A DNA stretch of 63,728 bases, the filler included. It is 8 parts of 8 records of this genome, joined end to end, with 100 filler letters (N's around TTAATTAATTAA, not from the genome) between each part and the next. Parts side by side here need not be neighbours in the genome. Positions count along the whole stretch, not along the records: positions 56,324 to 63,728 come from SRR31147125_28515; 7 more parts are not named here. One strand, written 5' to 3'. The translations under genes were made by a program, and so were the position numbers. This document shows, in pieces, positions 62,658 to 63,728 of this stretch. Below the pieces are notes generated by a model, which worked only from the letters and a program-made list of their open reading frames with translations, searched no databases and was not told the DNA's origin. Numbering within the stretch: position 1 is the stretch's first letter; every line of letters begins with the position of its first letter.

Positions 62658-63656
62658 ATGGAAAAAAGAAAACTCGGCGCAAACGGTCCCGTGGTATCAG
62701 CTCTGGGCCTCGGCTGCATGGCCATGAGTGAATTTTACGGTCCCAGTGACGATACCCGCTCCAAACAAGTCATTTTCAAAGCCCTGGAACAGGGGATCAC
62801 TCTTCTGGATACCGCCGACACTTATGGGAACGGCCACAATGAAACATTGATTGGTCAGGTACTCAAAGAGTGGCGGAAGGTAGATAAGGCTCCCGTACTC
62901 ATCGCCAGTAAATTTGGAATCTCCCGAAAGCCGGGAACCTATGAACGGGAAATCTGCGGCAGACCGGAATATGTAAAAACTGCCATCGAGGGGACTTTGA
63001 AACGACTTGGAGTGGATGTTCTCGACCTCTATTATATCCATAGAATAGATGTCCGGGTGCCCATTGAAGAGACCATGGGGGCTCTGTCCAACCTGGTTCA
63101 AGAAGGAAAAATCAGATACATCGGCCTGTCCGAACCCTCTCCCGCAACTCTGCTCAAGGCCCATGCCGTCCACCCAATCACTTGTGTTCAGTCTGAATTT
63201 TCTCTATTTACCCGAGAAATGGAAAACACTATTTTACCTGTGCTCAGAGAAAACGGCATCGGTTTTGTCCCTTACAGTCCTCTTGGCAGAGGCATGCTCA
63301 CTGGGAAACTGACGCCGAAAAGCATCTCAGAGTCCACCGATCTTAGGCAACATCTGCCCAGATTCGGAAAAGCCCATTTCGATTCCAATATGAATCCGGT
63401 CTCTCAATTGACTCCCCTGGCACAACAGCTGAACATCTCTTTGGCGACCTTGGCCTTGGCCTGGGTTCTGGCCAAAGGGGAGGATATCGTTCCCATTCCA
63501 GGTACCCGGCAAATCCCCTATCTTATGGAGAATATCCAAGCGACGACCATCCAATTAGATCCACGGATGATGGAAAAAATTGAATCGATTTTCCATCCCC
63601 GTGCCGTCATGGGAGAGAGATACACCCTTGAGGGGATGAAAGGAGTCAATGGCTGA
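62658..63656 (+). CDS. Aldo/keto reductase
   Basis: LGLGCM, DTADTYG, DLYYIHR, GKIRYIGLSE, PYSPLGRG, PIPGT. Confidence 0.95.
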   Translation: MEKRKLGANGPVVSALGLGCMAMSEFYGPSDDTRSKQVIFKALEQGITLLDTADTYGNGHNETLIGQVLKEWRKVDKAPVLIASKFGISRKPGTYEREICGRPEYVKTAIEGTLKRLGVDVLDLYYIHRIDVRVPIEETMGALSNLVQEGKIRYIGLSEPSPATLLKAHAVHPITCVQSEFSLFTREMENTILPVLRENGIGFVPYSPLGRGMLTGKLTPKSISESTDLRQHLPRFGKAHFDSNMNPVSQLTPLAQQLNISLATLALAWVLAKGEDIVPIPGTRQIPYLMENIQATTIQLDPRMMEKIESIFHPRAVMGERYTLEGMKGVNG

Positions 63657-63728
63657 ACAATAACGCCTGAAATGGGCATTCTTCAAATGTAGTTTTCACT
63701 TTCTGACGCTGAACTCAGTTTTACTGAG

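Overview
This window is not one locus. It is eight unrelated contig fragments joined by artificial 100-nt linkers (N44-TTAATTAATTAA-N44). (1) 1-13206, Clostridia-like: uncharacterised sugar catabolic operon (M24-fold hydrolase, SIS isomerase, SAF-domain oxidoreductase, fucose-isomerase-like protein, FGGY kinase, RpiR, ABC transporter) next to a tRNA-Ser 3' end. (2) 13307-22662, Bacteroidota: mltG, murB, GT4, RelE-type TA pair, ftsE-like, TPR protein, outer-membrane barrel, gyrB. (3) 22763-31359: glycan degradation (GH106-like, heparinase II/III, two Tat-signal isomerase-fold proteins, GH95-like). (4) 31460-38298, Bacteroidota: gldM, gldN, gldK-like, Man-1-P guanylyltransferase, mlaE/mlaF-like, porX end. 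(5) 38399-44562: decayed tyrosine recombinase beside six co-oriented genes (EEP-family hydrolase, class 3 lipase, alpha/beta hydrolase, two membrane proteins, one unknown). This is the best candidate for an undescribed system. (6) 44663-50550, Desulfobacterota-like: NifA-like activator, amtB, glnK, M32 peptidase, yhhQ with a preQ1-I riboswitch. (7) 50651-56223: Bacteroidota housekeeping genes. (8) 56324-63728, Desulfobacterota-like: Zn-ADH, two-component system, L,D-transpeptidase, AraC, aldo/keto reductase. Six genes are frameshifted at homopolymer runs, most likely from sequencing error. Product and taxon calls come from motif recognition by eye; no searches were run.
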